The translations under genes and the position numbers were made by a program. The notes beneath the pieces are model-generated. The model saw only the letters and a list, made by a program, of their open reading frames with translations. It was not told the DNA's origin and did not search any database. Below are positions 30,691 to 39,947 of a stretch of DNA of 64,000 nucleotides, piece after piece (the first letter of the stretch is position 1; each line of letters starts with the position of its first letter). Source of the stretch: Chloroflexota bacterium. Lineage in GTDB: Bacteria > Chloroflexota > Dehalococcoidia > JACPEP01. The DNA lies in the NCBI GenBank assembly GCA_016183425.1, contig JACPEP010000007.1, positions 2,113-66,112 of the forward strand, given 5' to 3'.

Positions 30691-31080
30691 CTATCGGCCC
30701 CGGACGTATAGAGTGAGAAACTCCGCCAACCCCAGCATAGCCACCAGCACGATGCCCATCCCCAGGGTGAGCACGCGCAGGCTTTGCAGCCAAACCGCTG
30801 CGCTAACTACCAATGCCAGGGGAAGCCCCTGGAGAAGGGCTGATCCCCACCAACCCTGATGGCGGCGCAGGGAGAAGACTCGGAAGCTGAGGCCGTAGGC
30901 CGCCAGGGACGCAGAGCCCAGAAGGGCAACGAAGAGGGACAGAAAGAAGAGGGCTCTATTGACATCACTCCCCGGGTCTTCTCGGAAAAGGATGTAGCCG
31001 AACCCTCCCCAGGCCCCTGTTGCCATCAGTATCACGAAAAGGAAAGCGGGTGCACGAAGCATGGTCGAACAAGTCCTCAT
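30691..31080 (-). CDS. Hypothetical membrane protein, about 4 TMs
   Basis: Hydrophobic segments; co-oriented with the downstream operon. Confidence 0.65.
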   Translation of the reverse strand: MRTCSTMLRAPAFLFVILMATGAWGGFGYILFREDPGSDVNRALFFLSLFVALLGSASLAAYGLSFRVFSLRRHQGWWGSALLQGLPLALVVSAAVWLQSLRVLTLGMGIVLVAMLGLAEFLTLYVRGR

Positions 31081-31209
31081 TATAGCTCATCAATTGCTTC
31101 TCTCCAAGGGACTGGGCTCGTCCAGTACATTAGTGACACCTGCCTCCTCTCTTAAAAGTCTTGTGATGGCCCACTCCGCATAGTTCCTTTTTTTATCAAA
31201 AAAACGTTG

Positions 31210-33156
31210 TCACACATTGTTACAGTCTTTGGGGTCTCGTCCCAGTGCACGGAGAGCTGACGCCACCAGCTCGCCTCCGTCTGGCAGCGCGTCGCGGGCT
31301 CGCCAGGCGCGGCACAGAGAGGCCACCGCTTCCTGGCTGCGTCCCAACTGCCCCAGCCTCACCCCTTTGTTGAACAGGGCCTGGGCTACCTGTTCCCGCA
31401 GGGCCGGAGCGCTGTCCTCTCCAAATCGCCTCACAACCTCGTCGTAGACGGCCACCGCTTCCTGGCTGCGTCCCAACTGCCCCAGCCTCACCCCTTTGTT
31501 GAACAGGGCCTTAGCTACCGGCTCCCGCAGGGCCGGGGCGCTGTCCTCTCCAAATCGCCTCACAACCTCGTCGTAGACGGCCACCGCTTCTTCGCTGCGT
31601 CCCAGTTGCCCCAGGGCCACCCCTTTGTTGAACAGGGCCTTAGCTACCGGTTCCCGCAGGGCCGGGGCGCTGTCCTCTCCAAATCGCCTCACAACCTCGT
31701 CGTAGACGGCCACCTCTTCCTGGCTGCGTCCCAGTTGCCCCAGGGCCACCCCTTTGTTGACCAGGGCCTCTGGGAACGAAGGCCGTATGGCCAGGGCGCA
31801 TTGAAAGCAGTCCAGGGCCTCCTTGTGTTGCTGGAAGCCGAGGGCGTAGGTTACCCCTAAAGAGAATAGGCCCTCGTGGTCAGCCAATTTCTGCATCGAG
31901 TCAGCCACGATAGGGAAGTGGTCATGAGGTGTGCTGCTGTGGAGATAGGGAACTACCGGCTTCTCCAGCCTCAAGCTAAGGTACGCTGCCTCAGGCCATA
32001 CCGGGTCTCGGTCTCCAGGATAATGCAAGAAAGCCAGTGTGGCCAGGTGTTCCAAACCATCGCGGAGATGGATGTCTTCACATTGGAACACATCGGCGAG
32101 GATCTGGCGGATGCGAGAATGCGTAAACGGCACGACGCCTGCCGCTCCCAGAAGCTGCATCGCCCGCAAGCAGTCCTTCTCAGGACCAGACAGGCGGCGG
32201 TCGAATCGCTCGCGCATGTCTTTGAAAGCATCCTCCAGGATGATGCTTCCCACGGTGGGAAACTCCCAGCTCGAATCGGTAGGCAACGATTTTCCGATAC
32301 CGGTGGCGACACGCTGCTTTTCTTCATCGGTAAGCGGCTGCAAGGTAAATTTTGGCAGGATGTCTTCATAGACCTTGTGGAGTGTTTTACTAGTCGCTTG
32401 GCGAATGCCGTCCAGCTCCGTCCCGTCCTTACATGCGGCGGCCACCGCCCACTTGCATCCTTTTTGGCGATTCAACTCATCGCATAATTGCAGCAGGTCT
32501 ACCTCTGCGTCGACGTAAAAGTTCAGATCGTCCAGAAGCAGAATCACCGCTTTGCCTGACACAAGGGACAACGCATCCTTAGAAGGGTGATGATTTCTTT
32601 TTGGCCGGATGACGGTATGACCGCGCAGGCCATGCACAACCTCATACAGTGTCCGGCTCTTCCCGTCCGTAGGCTGCCCTACCAGGATAAAACTTTTCCC
32701 TTGGCATAGCTCACTGCGGAGACGATCCTCGTCATAAATCGGGATCGCCGTCGTCTGCCCTCTCAGCTCGAACGGGACGGCACGCCGCTTGACGTAGACC
32801 GGGTGATATGGACGATATTGACGGTCTGGCGGCTCATCACCTTGCACTACCTGAAACCGCAGGTCACGGGGCACCAGCTTTTCGGTTGTCTTGAAGAGGT
32901 CGAACTCCTCCTGCCAGGTTCTCCGGCGGTCTTGGTTCTCCTTATCGCGCCATGATAACCCTGACCATAGAGAGACCAGCGCTAAGAAAACAACCGCTAA
33001 CACAAGTGCCCACCAGTAGCGGTGAAGAAAAAGATCTACCTCGGGGAGGAGGGATGCAAACAGCCGGTTTACGAGTATGCCAATGCCCGCGGCGACCAGA
33101 ACGGTCGCCCACACCCATTTAAGCGCTGGCCAGATACGCCACATCTTTCTGGTCAT
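31210..33156 (-). CDS. Membrane-anchored P-loop NTPase with C-terminal TPR repeats
   Basis: Two N-terminal TMs, GQPTDGKS (Walker A), LLLDD (Walker B), 43-aa ALFNKGVxLGQLGRS repeats. Confidence 0.75.
   Translation of the reverse strand: MTRKMWRIWPALKWVWATVLVAAGIGILVNRLFASLLPEVDLFLHRYWWALVLAVVFLALVSLWSGLSWRDKENQDRRRTWQEEFDLFKTTEKLVPRDLRFQVVQGDEPPDRQYRPYHPVYVKRRAVPFELRGQTTAIPIYDEDRLRSELCQGKSFILVGQPTDGKSRTLYEVVHGLRGHTVIRPKRNHHPSKDALSLVSGKAVILLLDDLNFYVDAEVDLLQLCDELNRQKGCKWAVAAACKDGTELDGIRQATSKTLHKVYEDILPKFTLQPLTDEEKQRVATGIGKSLPTDSSWEFPTVGSIILEDAFKDMRERFDRRLSGPEKDCLRAMQLLGAAGVVPFTHSRIRQILADVFQCEDIHLRDGLEHLATLAFLHYPGDRDPVWPEAAYLSLRLEKPVVPYLHSSTPHDHFPIVADSMQKLADHEGLFSLGVTYALGFQQHKEALDCFQCALAIRPSFPEALVNKGVALGQLGRSQEEVAVYDEVVRRFGEDSAPALREPVAKALFNKGVALGQLGRSEEAVAVYDEVVRRFGEDSAPALREPVAKALFNKGVRLGQLGRSQEAVAVYDEVVRRFGEDSAPALREQVAQALFNKGVRLGQLGRSQEAVASLCRAWRARDALPDGGELVASALRALGRDPKDCNNV
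31321..31768. repeat. Intragenic tandem repeat, about 3.5 x 129 bp
   Basis: Near-identical units start at 31321, 31450, 31579 and 31708. Confidence 0.9.
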
Positions 33157-33279
33157 CCCCTCCTGACTGACAGGTCTGAACCGTCGTGAGCGACAAAAAA
33201 TGCCGGCTTCCCCAGGCGAATATAATCAATCTTTACCGCTATGTCTAGTCCGCCCGAACAACGATACCAGGGCCTCAAC

Positions 33280-33424
33280 AGAGACTGTTTAACAACGGGG
33301 GTTACAAAGGGGCGAAGCCCCTTTGGCAAGGGGATCGGGGGATGTGCCCCCGAATAAATATTAACCCCGAAGGGGTTCCTTGAACCCCCTCATGGGGGTT
33401 TGGGGGTGATATTAAACAGTCTCT
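33280..33424. mobile_element. MITE-like element (145 bp)
   Basis: Terminal inverted repeats AGAGACTGTTTAA / TTAAACAGTCTCT enclosing four short GC hairpins. Confidence 0.7.
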
Positions 33425-33520
33425 CAAAAAGGCTCTTGCCCAAGGAGGGGTTTTTACTGTAAAATTAGCTTTAGCATCATTTGCTTACCCTGTTTAGAAG
33501 GAGGTTCATCAAAGTCTGCA

Positions 33521-33829
33521 GTGCCTATCTATGAATATGAGTGTAGCCAATGCCGAGCCCGGTTTGAGGTGAAGCAGAGCTTTTTTGACACTCCTTTTAG
33601 CACCTGTCCCCATTGCCAAAGCTCGGCGCATCGTGTTTTTCATCCGGTGGGCATCGTTTTCAAAGGGAGCGGCTTCTACTCCACAGATAACAGAAGGAGT
33701 AACGGCAACGCGTCGTCCTCTCGGGCATCGGGAAATGATGCTTCCGAGAAGGAGGATACGAAGGCTGAAAAGGTAGAGAAGCCGGGGAAGCCGGAAACAA
33801 AGGTGGGGGCGGAGGCACCCTCCCAATAG
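33521..33829 (+). CDS. FmdB family zinc-ribbon protein
   Basis: MPIYEYECSQC...CPHC...FKGSGFYSTD. Confidence 0.92.
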   Translation: MPIYEYECSQCRARFEVKQSFFDTPFSTCPHCQSSAHRVFHPVGIVFKGSGFYSTDNRRSNGNASSSRASGNDASEKEDTKAEKVEKPGKPETKVGAEAPSQ

Positions 33830-33830
33830 G

Positions 33831-34283
33831 GTGCGCTTACTTCTCCAAAGGGTAAGCGAGGCTTCGGTAGCCGTCAGGGGGGAGGAGTTGGCCCGTATCG
33901 GGCCCGGCCTGGTGGCTTTGGTGGGGGTGGAGCGGGGGGATGGCGAGGCCGATGTTGAATATCTGGCTCAGAAGACGGTCTCGCTGCGTCTTTTCGCTGA
34001 TGAAGGGGGACATTTTAATCGGTCTCTTCTGGATACCGGGGGCGAGCTCCTGATAGTCAGCCAATTTACCCTACTAGCCGATGTGGGAAAGGGGCGCCGG
34101 CCCAGCTTCGACCGGGCGGCGCCACCGGAGGAAGCCCAGCCACTCATTGAGCGTTACGTGGAACTGGTGAGGCAAAGGAAAGTCTCGGTGGGCACCGGCC
34201 GCTTTGGGGAGACCATGCAGGTGGAGATTCACAATCAGGGGCCAGTGACGATATTTCTGGACAGCCGGCAGAAAGAGGTCTAA
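33831..34283 (+). CDS. dtd: D-aminoacyl-tRNA deacylase
   Basis: LQRVSEASV, SQFTL, GRRPSF, NQGPVT. Confidence 0.95.
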   Translation: MRLLLQRVSEASVAVRGEELARIGPGLVALVGVERGDGEADVEYLAQKTVSLRLFADEGGHFNRSLLDTGGELLIVSQFTLLADVGKGRRPSFDRAAPPEEAQPLIERYVELVRQRKVSVGTGRFGETMQVEIHNQGPVTIFLDSRQKEV

Positions 34284-35155
34284 GACCCTTCTGATTTCTC
34301 CATGTAGAGCTCCAGACCGATGTCCAGAGATTTTGCGGAGTGGGTGATGGCACCCACGGCGATGAGGCTCACCCCGGTTTCCGCTACCTGACGGACGTTA
34401 TTCAGAGTGACCCCCCCGGAGGCCTCTGTTACCGCCCGCCCCGCCACCCAGGATACGGTGCGGGAAATCTCCGGTACGGGCATGTTATCCATCATGATGA
34501 TGTCCGCCCCTGCCTCCACAGCCTCCTGAGCCTCTGAAAAGCTCTCCACCTCCACCTCTATCTTCACCGTGTGAGAGGCTTCCTGCCGCGCGCGGCGCAC
34601 CGCCTCCCCCAGCCCCACCCCCTGAGAGCGCAGGGCCACCAGGTGGTTGTCTTTGATGAGGATGCCATCTTCCAGGTTCTGGCGGTGATTGTAGGCGCCC
34701 CCCATGCGCACGGCGTGTTTCTCCAGAAGGCGCAGGCCGGGGGTGGTCTTTCGAGTGTCGATGATGCGGCAGGGCAAGTCGGCCACGGCGGCCACATAGC
34801 GGGCCGTTTCCGTGGCCACGCCGCTCATCTGCTGGAGGAAATTGAGGGCTACCCGCTCGCCTTTGAGGATGGCGGTCACCCTCCCGTGCACCCGGGCCAC
34901 AATGTCGCCGGGGTGAACCCGGTCGCCGTCTTTGGCCAACGCCTGGAACTTTAGAGAGGGGTCGATCTCGTTGAACAACAAGGCCATCACGGGCAGGCCG
35001 GCCAACACCCCTTCACTTTTGACCAAGAAGTCACCCCACCCTTGCATCTCGGGGTGGATAAGGATGTCGGTGGTGGGGTCGCCCAAACCCAGGTCTTCCT
35101 CCAGGGCTATCTGAACAATCCTGCGGATTTGGGGTATGGCTAGATCCAGTTCCAT
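34280..35155 (-). CDS. nadC: Nicotinate-nucleotide diphosphorylase (carboxylating)
   Basis: ERVALNFLQ, DTRKTTPGLR, LIKDNH, IEVEV, EASGG. Confidence 0.95.
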   Translation of the reverse strand: MELDLAIPQIRRIVQIALEEDLGLGDPTTDILIHPEMQGWGDFLVKSEGVLAGLPVMALLFNEIDPSLKFQALAKDGDRVHPGDIVARVHGRVTAILKGERVALNFLQQMSGVATETARYVAAVADLPCRIIDTRKTTPGLRLLEKHAVRMGGAYNHRQNLEDGILIKDNHLVALRSQGVGLGEAVRRARQEASHTVKIEVEVESFSEAQEAVEAGADIIMMDNMPVPEISRTVSWVAGRAVTEASGGVTLNNVRQVAETGVSLIAVGAITHSAKSLDIGLELYMEKSEGS

Positions 35156-35188
35156 TAATAATACCTCCTTTTCCGGGAGTGCCACCGT

Positions 35189-36454
35189 TTAGTAGCCAAC
35201 GAGGCTGCCCTGGAGGGACCACGGCCCGGATTTTTCTATCTCCACGGCCACGATCTTGCCCAGAAGCTCTCCCGGCGCACTGAAAAACACCTGTTTGTAG
35301 CTTGGGGTTCTGCCCCACCACTTCCCCCCCTTTTTGCCCTCCACCAGAACGGAAAGCTGACGCCCCAAGTATTGGGCGTTGATGAGGGAGGCGGTTCGCT
35401 CCTGGAGCTGTTCTACCCTTTCCCGCCGCTCTCTCTTCACCAGGGGAGGCACGTCATCGGGAAGACGGGCGGCGCGAGTGCCGGGTCGCGGAGAGTAAGC
35501 GGCCACATGCACGGTATCGAACCTGGTCTCTTCCAGGAGCTCAATGGTATTGTGGAACCGCTCCTCACCCTCCCCGGGGAAGCCCACGATGACATCGGTG
35601 CTGAGGGCCACCTGGGGTATGGCGGCCCGGATGTGTTCCACCAAATGGACATATTCCTCCCTGGTGTAACCTCGGCCCATGGCCCCCAGTATGGCGTTGT
35701 CCCCGGATTGGAGGGGCAAGTTGATGTGCTCGCACACCTTGGGCAGCCGGGTCACCGCCTGGATGAGCCGCTGGTTCATATCCTTAGGGTGGGAGGTGAG
35801 GAAACGGATTCGTTCCAGGCCAGGGATAGGTTCCAATTCTTCTAAAAGGTAGGCCAGGTCGGGCTTATCAGGGAGATCGTGGCCGTAGGAATCCACATTC
35901 TGCCCCAGAAGGATAACCTCCTTCGTCCCCCGGGCCACCAGGCACTTGACCTCCTCCACCACCTCCGCCACCTCTCGGCTGCGCTCCCGTCCACGACGGT
36001 AAGGGACGATGCAGTAGGCGCAAAACTTGTCGCAGCCTTGGGCGATGGGGACGTAGGCAGAGATGTCTGCTAGGGAAGGAGAGATAAGGTCTACCCTGTC
36101 TTCGGAACCAGTAAGGCCAGCCAAGCGAAGCACCGTTTGTATATCCCCCGGGCGCACGAAGGAGTCTACGTAGGGAAAACGCTGCTGAAGCTCCTGAAGG
36201 TTGGAGTCTACCATACAGCCCATAAGGATGAGGGTGGCTTCTCTTCCCCTTTTGAGGAAGCGGAGGGAGCTCAACCTGGCCACCACCCGATCTTCCGCCT
36301 TCTGACGCACAGTGCAGCTATTGAGCACGATGAAGTCCGCCTGCTCCGGCTGGGGCACCTGGTGGTAGCCCAGGGCCTCCAGGCCCTGGGCTAAACGGAG
36401 AGACTCCGCCTTGTTCATCTGACAGCCGACTGTCCAGAGGTAGTAGCCCTTCAT
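35189..36454 (-). CDS. miaB: tRNA methylthiotransferase MiaB
   Basis: GCQMN, NSCTVR, GCDKFCAYCIVP, LLGQNVDSY, IVGFPGE, C-terminal TRAM. Confidence 0.93.
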   Translation of the reverse strand: MKGYYLWTVGCQMNKAESLRLAQGLEALGYHQVPQPEQADFIVLNSCTVRQKAEDRVVARLSSLRFLKRGREATLILMGCMVDSNLQELQQRFPYVDSFVRPGDIQTVLRLAGLTGSEDRVDLISPSLADISAYVPIAQGCDKFCAYCIVPYRRGRERSREVAEVVEEVKCLVARGTKEVILLGQNVDSYGHDLPDKPDLAYLLEELEPIPGLERIRFLTSHPKDMNQRLIQAVTRLPKVCEHINLPLQSGDNAILGAMGRGYTREEYVHLVEHIRAAIPQVALSTDVIVGFPGEGEERFHNTIELLEETRFDTVHVAAYSPRPGTRAARLPDDVPPLVKRERRERVEQLQERTASLINAQYLGRQLSVLVEGKKGGKWWGRTPSYKQVFFSAPGELLGKIVAVEIEKSGPWSLQGSLVGY

Positions 36455-36586
36455 TTCATTTCTATGGGATGATGCCCCGAAAGCCCCCTTCTCACCAAGG
36501 ATTTGTAGAACACGGTGCCCCCACTCGCTAAGGAGTGAAGGATTTTTAGGCATGAAACAGATGATGGTGGAGCACTGCATTCAAGC

Positions 36587-36678
36587 TGGCGGAGGGAATG
36601 GGATTCGAACCCATGACCCCGATTTCTCAGGGTAACCGCTTAGCAGGCGGCCGCACTCGACCACTATGCGATCCCTCC
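36587..36678 (-). tRNA. tRNA-Ser(GCT)
   Basis: Anticodon loop CT-GCT-AA, long variable arm, GTTCGAATC, encoded CCA. Confidence 0.95.
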
Positions 36679-36710
36679 CTGTTCCCTGGAGAGCCAAACC
36701 AAGTCTACCA

Positions 36711-37469
36711 CTAAGCACGCCGAGCTTCAAGAGCCAGGGCTCGTATCTCCCCGGGAAAGCTTATCCGCGTCTCGTATTCTTGAAAAGCGAGCTTAAGGCC
36801 CGGAAGACTCAAGTCTGGCACTCTGAGGTAGCAGGGGCGCCGCCCCATCTCAAAGGGGGCATGGGCATCTGACCCCTGAATACAGGCGCGCCCCAGAGAG
36901 AAGTGGGGGAAAAGGCCGCGATTCCAGCGCTCCTTGTCCCGGGCATCGGTGATCTCCAGGGCGCTGAGGTAGGGGCTGTGGTAGATACGCACCTTGTCCT
37001 CAGTGGAGATGTCGGAAACTACCAACCCCCGGGGCTGGCGGTCCACATGACAGGCGATGGCCACCCCTCCTGCCTGATGGATGGTGATGAAAACCTCGTC
37101 CATCCATTGGGAAAGCTGGTAGTAGCCGTCGCCCCATTGCTCTTCAGGCATGTCCAGGTGATGCAGAAGCTCTCGCAGGCGCTCCGTGGGCGTTTCCACA
37201 TCGAAGATGGCCAGCATATGGCCTCCCTTTGTGCTCAACTCCATACCGGGGAAGATCACCAGGCCATTTCCTTTGGCCGCCCTGCGAATGTCGTCTATTC
37301 CCTCGGCGCTGTTATGGTCGGTAATGGCGATGGCCTCAAGCCCTGCTTCCACGGCGCTATCGATCACTCTCTGGGGGGTGGTGAAGAACTGGGGAGTAAG
37401 GTGGTCCTCGTAGCAAGCGGAAACTGGGGTATGGATGTGGAGGTCTACCTTTCGATATTCTGAGGTCAA
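36711..37469 (-). CDS. PHP-domain metal-dependent phosphoesterase
   Basis: DLHIHT, AITDHN, GMEL, GHMLA, GSDAH; TTG start after AGGAG. Confidence 0.85.
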   Translation of the reverse strand: MTSEYRKVDLHIHTPVSACYEDHLTPQFFTTPQRVIDSAVEAGLEAIAITDHNSAEGIDDIRRAAKGNGLVIFPGMELSTKGGHMLAIFDVETPTERLRELLHHLDMPEEQWGDGYYQLSQWMDEVFITIHQAGGVAIACHVDRQPRGLVVSDISTEDKVRIYHSPYLSALEITDARDKERWNRGLFPHFSLGRACIQGSDAHAPFEMGRRPCYLRVPDLSLPGLKLAFQEYETRISFPGEIRALALEARRA

Positions 37470-37519
37470 GACCCGCTCCTGTCTCTGTCTGCCCCCCGCC
37501 TTTGGCGGGGGTAAGAAAG

Positions 37520-37594
37520 TCGGGGTGCCCAGATTTGAACTGGGGGCCTCATGGTCCCAAACCATGCGCTCTAGCCAAACTGAGCTACACCCCG
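37520..37594 (-). tRNA. tRNA-Pro(TGG)
   Basis: CGGGGTGTAGCTCAG...CATGG-TTTGGGA-CCATG...GTTCAAAT. Confidence 0.95.
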
Positions 37595-37672
37595 AAAGCC
37601 CATAGCTAACTAGTATCTACGCTCCAATATAATGACACAAAGGGGGTAAGCAATCAACCCTCTCGCCTCCAG

Positions 37673-37933
37673 CTAGCTCACTGGCGTGGTTGCTGCGGGA
37701 GGGTTCGTGGGTGGCGGGGGCAGCTCTCTCGGGGCGCAGAAGGTGAGGATGGTGCTTCCCACCAAGGCTATCAGCCCGATGATGTACAAGAGGCGAAGGC
37801 TCATAAAAGAGGAGAGCTTGAGGCCTTTTCGTCGCTTTGTTTTCTGGCCTTTAGCGGGTTTTCGCCCTTTGCCCGGGCGGGCGTCACCAGATGTTGATTT
37901 GCCCAGGGATGGCCAACGGAGAGATAGCGGCAT
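37673..37933 (-). CDS. Small hypothetical membrane protein
   Basis: Basic N-terminus, one TM, Pro-rich tail; lies between two tRNAs. Confidence 0.5.
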   Translation of the reverse strand: MPLSLRWPSLGKSTSGDARPGKGRKPAKGQKTKRRKGLKLSSFMSLRLLYIIGLIALVGSTILTFCAPRELPPPPTNPPAATTPVS

Positions 37934-37957
37934 AACTAAAAATATCCTTCATAAAGC

Positions 37958-38032
<75 letters not shown>

Positions 38033-38403
38033 TCGCCCTCATGATAATCTCCCCGCCATCTAAATTCAATACCCTGTACTCGTTCGTTGCGGTTGTCATC
38101 ACCCGCCAAGATGGTGGCAGGGGTATGATCAGTGGCGTGGAGAAGCAGAGGGATGGCTCTGTTATTTTGGCCTTGAAAGGGTGTACCTGACATACCTTCA
38201 CTGTGCGCCCATTCCTCTAAGGTGCTTTCAGGCTCTTGAGTTGGTCTCTTTATTTCGATAATTTGTTGTACAATATCTGCGTTATATGGGCCAATTCAAG
38301 ATAGTTAACCGCTGCTATTGTGCCACCTCATAAGAGCCAGTACCTTCGCTACCCAGAAATCGGGGTAGGGCCGATCCACGGTGTAGCTAATCGGGTGGGG
38401 TGA

Positions 38404-39654
38404 GTGAAGCCCTCCAGAGCCTTCCTGGGAAACCGGGGGCTCGTCTTTCTCTGCCTCACTACGGCTATTTGCATGATGGGCAATGGCATTGCCACTCCCC
38501 TATTGCCTCTTTTCGCCCAAACCTTCGATATAACGGTAGCACAAATAGGGAGCATCATCAGTGCCTTCGCCTTCGCCCGCATTCTGATCAATGTCCCCGC
38601 CGGCTATTTCTCGGAACGTTTCGGGCGCCGTCTGTTGCTGGTTGGGGGGCCTTTGATTATGGGGATTGCCTCTCTTCTCACTGGTGTAGCGGGGGATATA
38701 GGGCAATTGGTGGGGTACCGCTTTATGACTGGAATCGGTTCGGCCATGTTCACCACGGGTGCCATGGCCTATCTAGCTGACATAAGCCTGCCCGAGAACC
38801 GGGGGCAGATAATCGGCTACTATCAGATCAGTTTCCTGGTCGGGGTGAGCTTTGGTCCCATGGTGGGGGGGCTGGTGGCCGACCGCTGGAACTACCCCAC
38901 TGCCTTCTTCCTGGTTGGCTTCTTGTCTCTGGTTAGTGCCATATGGGCCTTCTTCCGTATACCAGAAACACGGGGGCCTGGAGTGACGGTCTCTTCGGGG
39001 GAGGTGCCTCACCAGACCCTAGAGGGGGGGCAGACATGGCAAGGTGTGGTTTTGCTTCTGGGGAACCCGAATTTTCTTCTCATAAGCTTCCTTACCATAG
39101 GCTACTTCTTCACTCGAACCGGCTCCCAGCATGGCCTGGTTCCTCTCCTGGGGCATAACCGTTTAGGCCTCACCCCTGGCCAGCTAGGAGCTATTTTCAC
39201 CGCCAGCGCCATTACAAACCTGGCCGGGCTCCTGGTGTCTAATGCCATCACCGACCGGATCGGCCGGAAACGGGTCATTATTCCCAGCACACTTATATGC
39301 ATCATAGGATTGGTGCTCTATGTCTTCAGCGGCAGTTGGTGGGTTTTCCTGGTAGCTACCTTGGTATCCGATCTAGGCAGCGGGCTATCTGGCCCCGCCC
39401 CGGCTGCCTACGTTACCGACCTCACCCCTCGAGGCCTTTATGGTGTCAGCATGGGGATATACCGAACTTTCGGAGACCTGGGCTTCGTCCTCGGGCCGGT
39501 GCTCCTGGGCTGGATAGCGGACCTGACCGGCAGCCTGGAGACGGCCATCCTGGCCAATGCTTTTCTACTCACCTCTGTCATAGCCATCTTCGCCTTCATG
39601 TCCAAGGAGAGGCCCCGTCTCCCATCTCCGGAAGCGGAGGTGTCTCTTCCTTAG
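38404..39654 (+). CDS. MFS transporter
   Basis: About 12 TMs; motif A GYFSERFGRR and TDRIGRK. Confidence 0.92.
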   Translation: MKPSRAFLGNRGLVFLCLTTAICMMGNGIATPLLPLFAQTFDITVAQIGSIISAFAFARILINVPAGYFSERFGRRLLLVGGPLIMGIASLLTGVAGDIGQLVGYRFMTGIGSAMFTTGAMAYLADISLPENRGQIIGYYQISFLVGVSFGPMVGGLVADRWNYPTAFFLVGFLSLVSAIWAFFRIPETRGPGVTVSSGEVPHQTLEGGQTWQGVVLLLGNPNFLLISFLTIGYFFTRTGSQHGLVPLLGHNRLGLTPGQLGAIFTASAITNLAGLLVSNAITDRIGRKRVIIPSTLICIIGLVLYVFSGSWWVFLVATLVSDLGSGLSGPAPAAYVTDLTPRGLYGVSMGIYRTFGDLGFVLGPVLLGWIADLTGSLETAILANAFLLTSVIAIFAFMSKERPRLPSPEAEVSLP

Positions 39655-39947
39655 AAAGCGCCCTCGATGATCAAAGGTTTAGGCGGCAAGCCCCAAAACC
39701 GTAGAAAAATGGCTGTGTTTGCGTTGGTATCTTTTGAGCAAGGCGTGAGTGCACTGGGGTAGCGCCGTAACTTGTTTGGGAACCCCAGTTCTTATCCTCT
39801 CCAACATCACACCAAGTTCAGTAATTTTCGCACTATAATTTTTGGAAACAACGTGGTATTTGAATTGATGCAACATGTGAGAGCGAATGCATCGGCCTTG
39901 AAGACGTATAAGAATTTTCCCATCCTTAATCAGGTGCCGGAGGTTAG

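Noticed and set aside
31321-31768. CRISPR array
   Set aside because: Repeats are contiguous, in-frame 129-bp coding units without unique spacers; no cas genes in the window.
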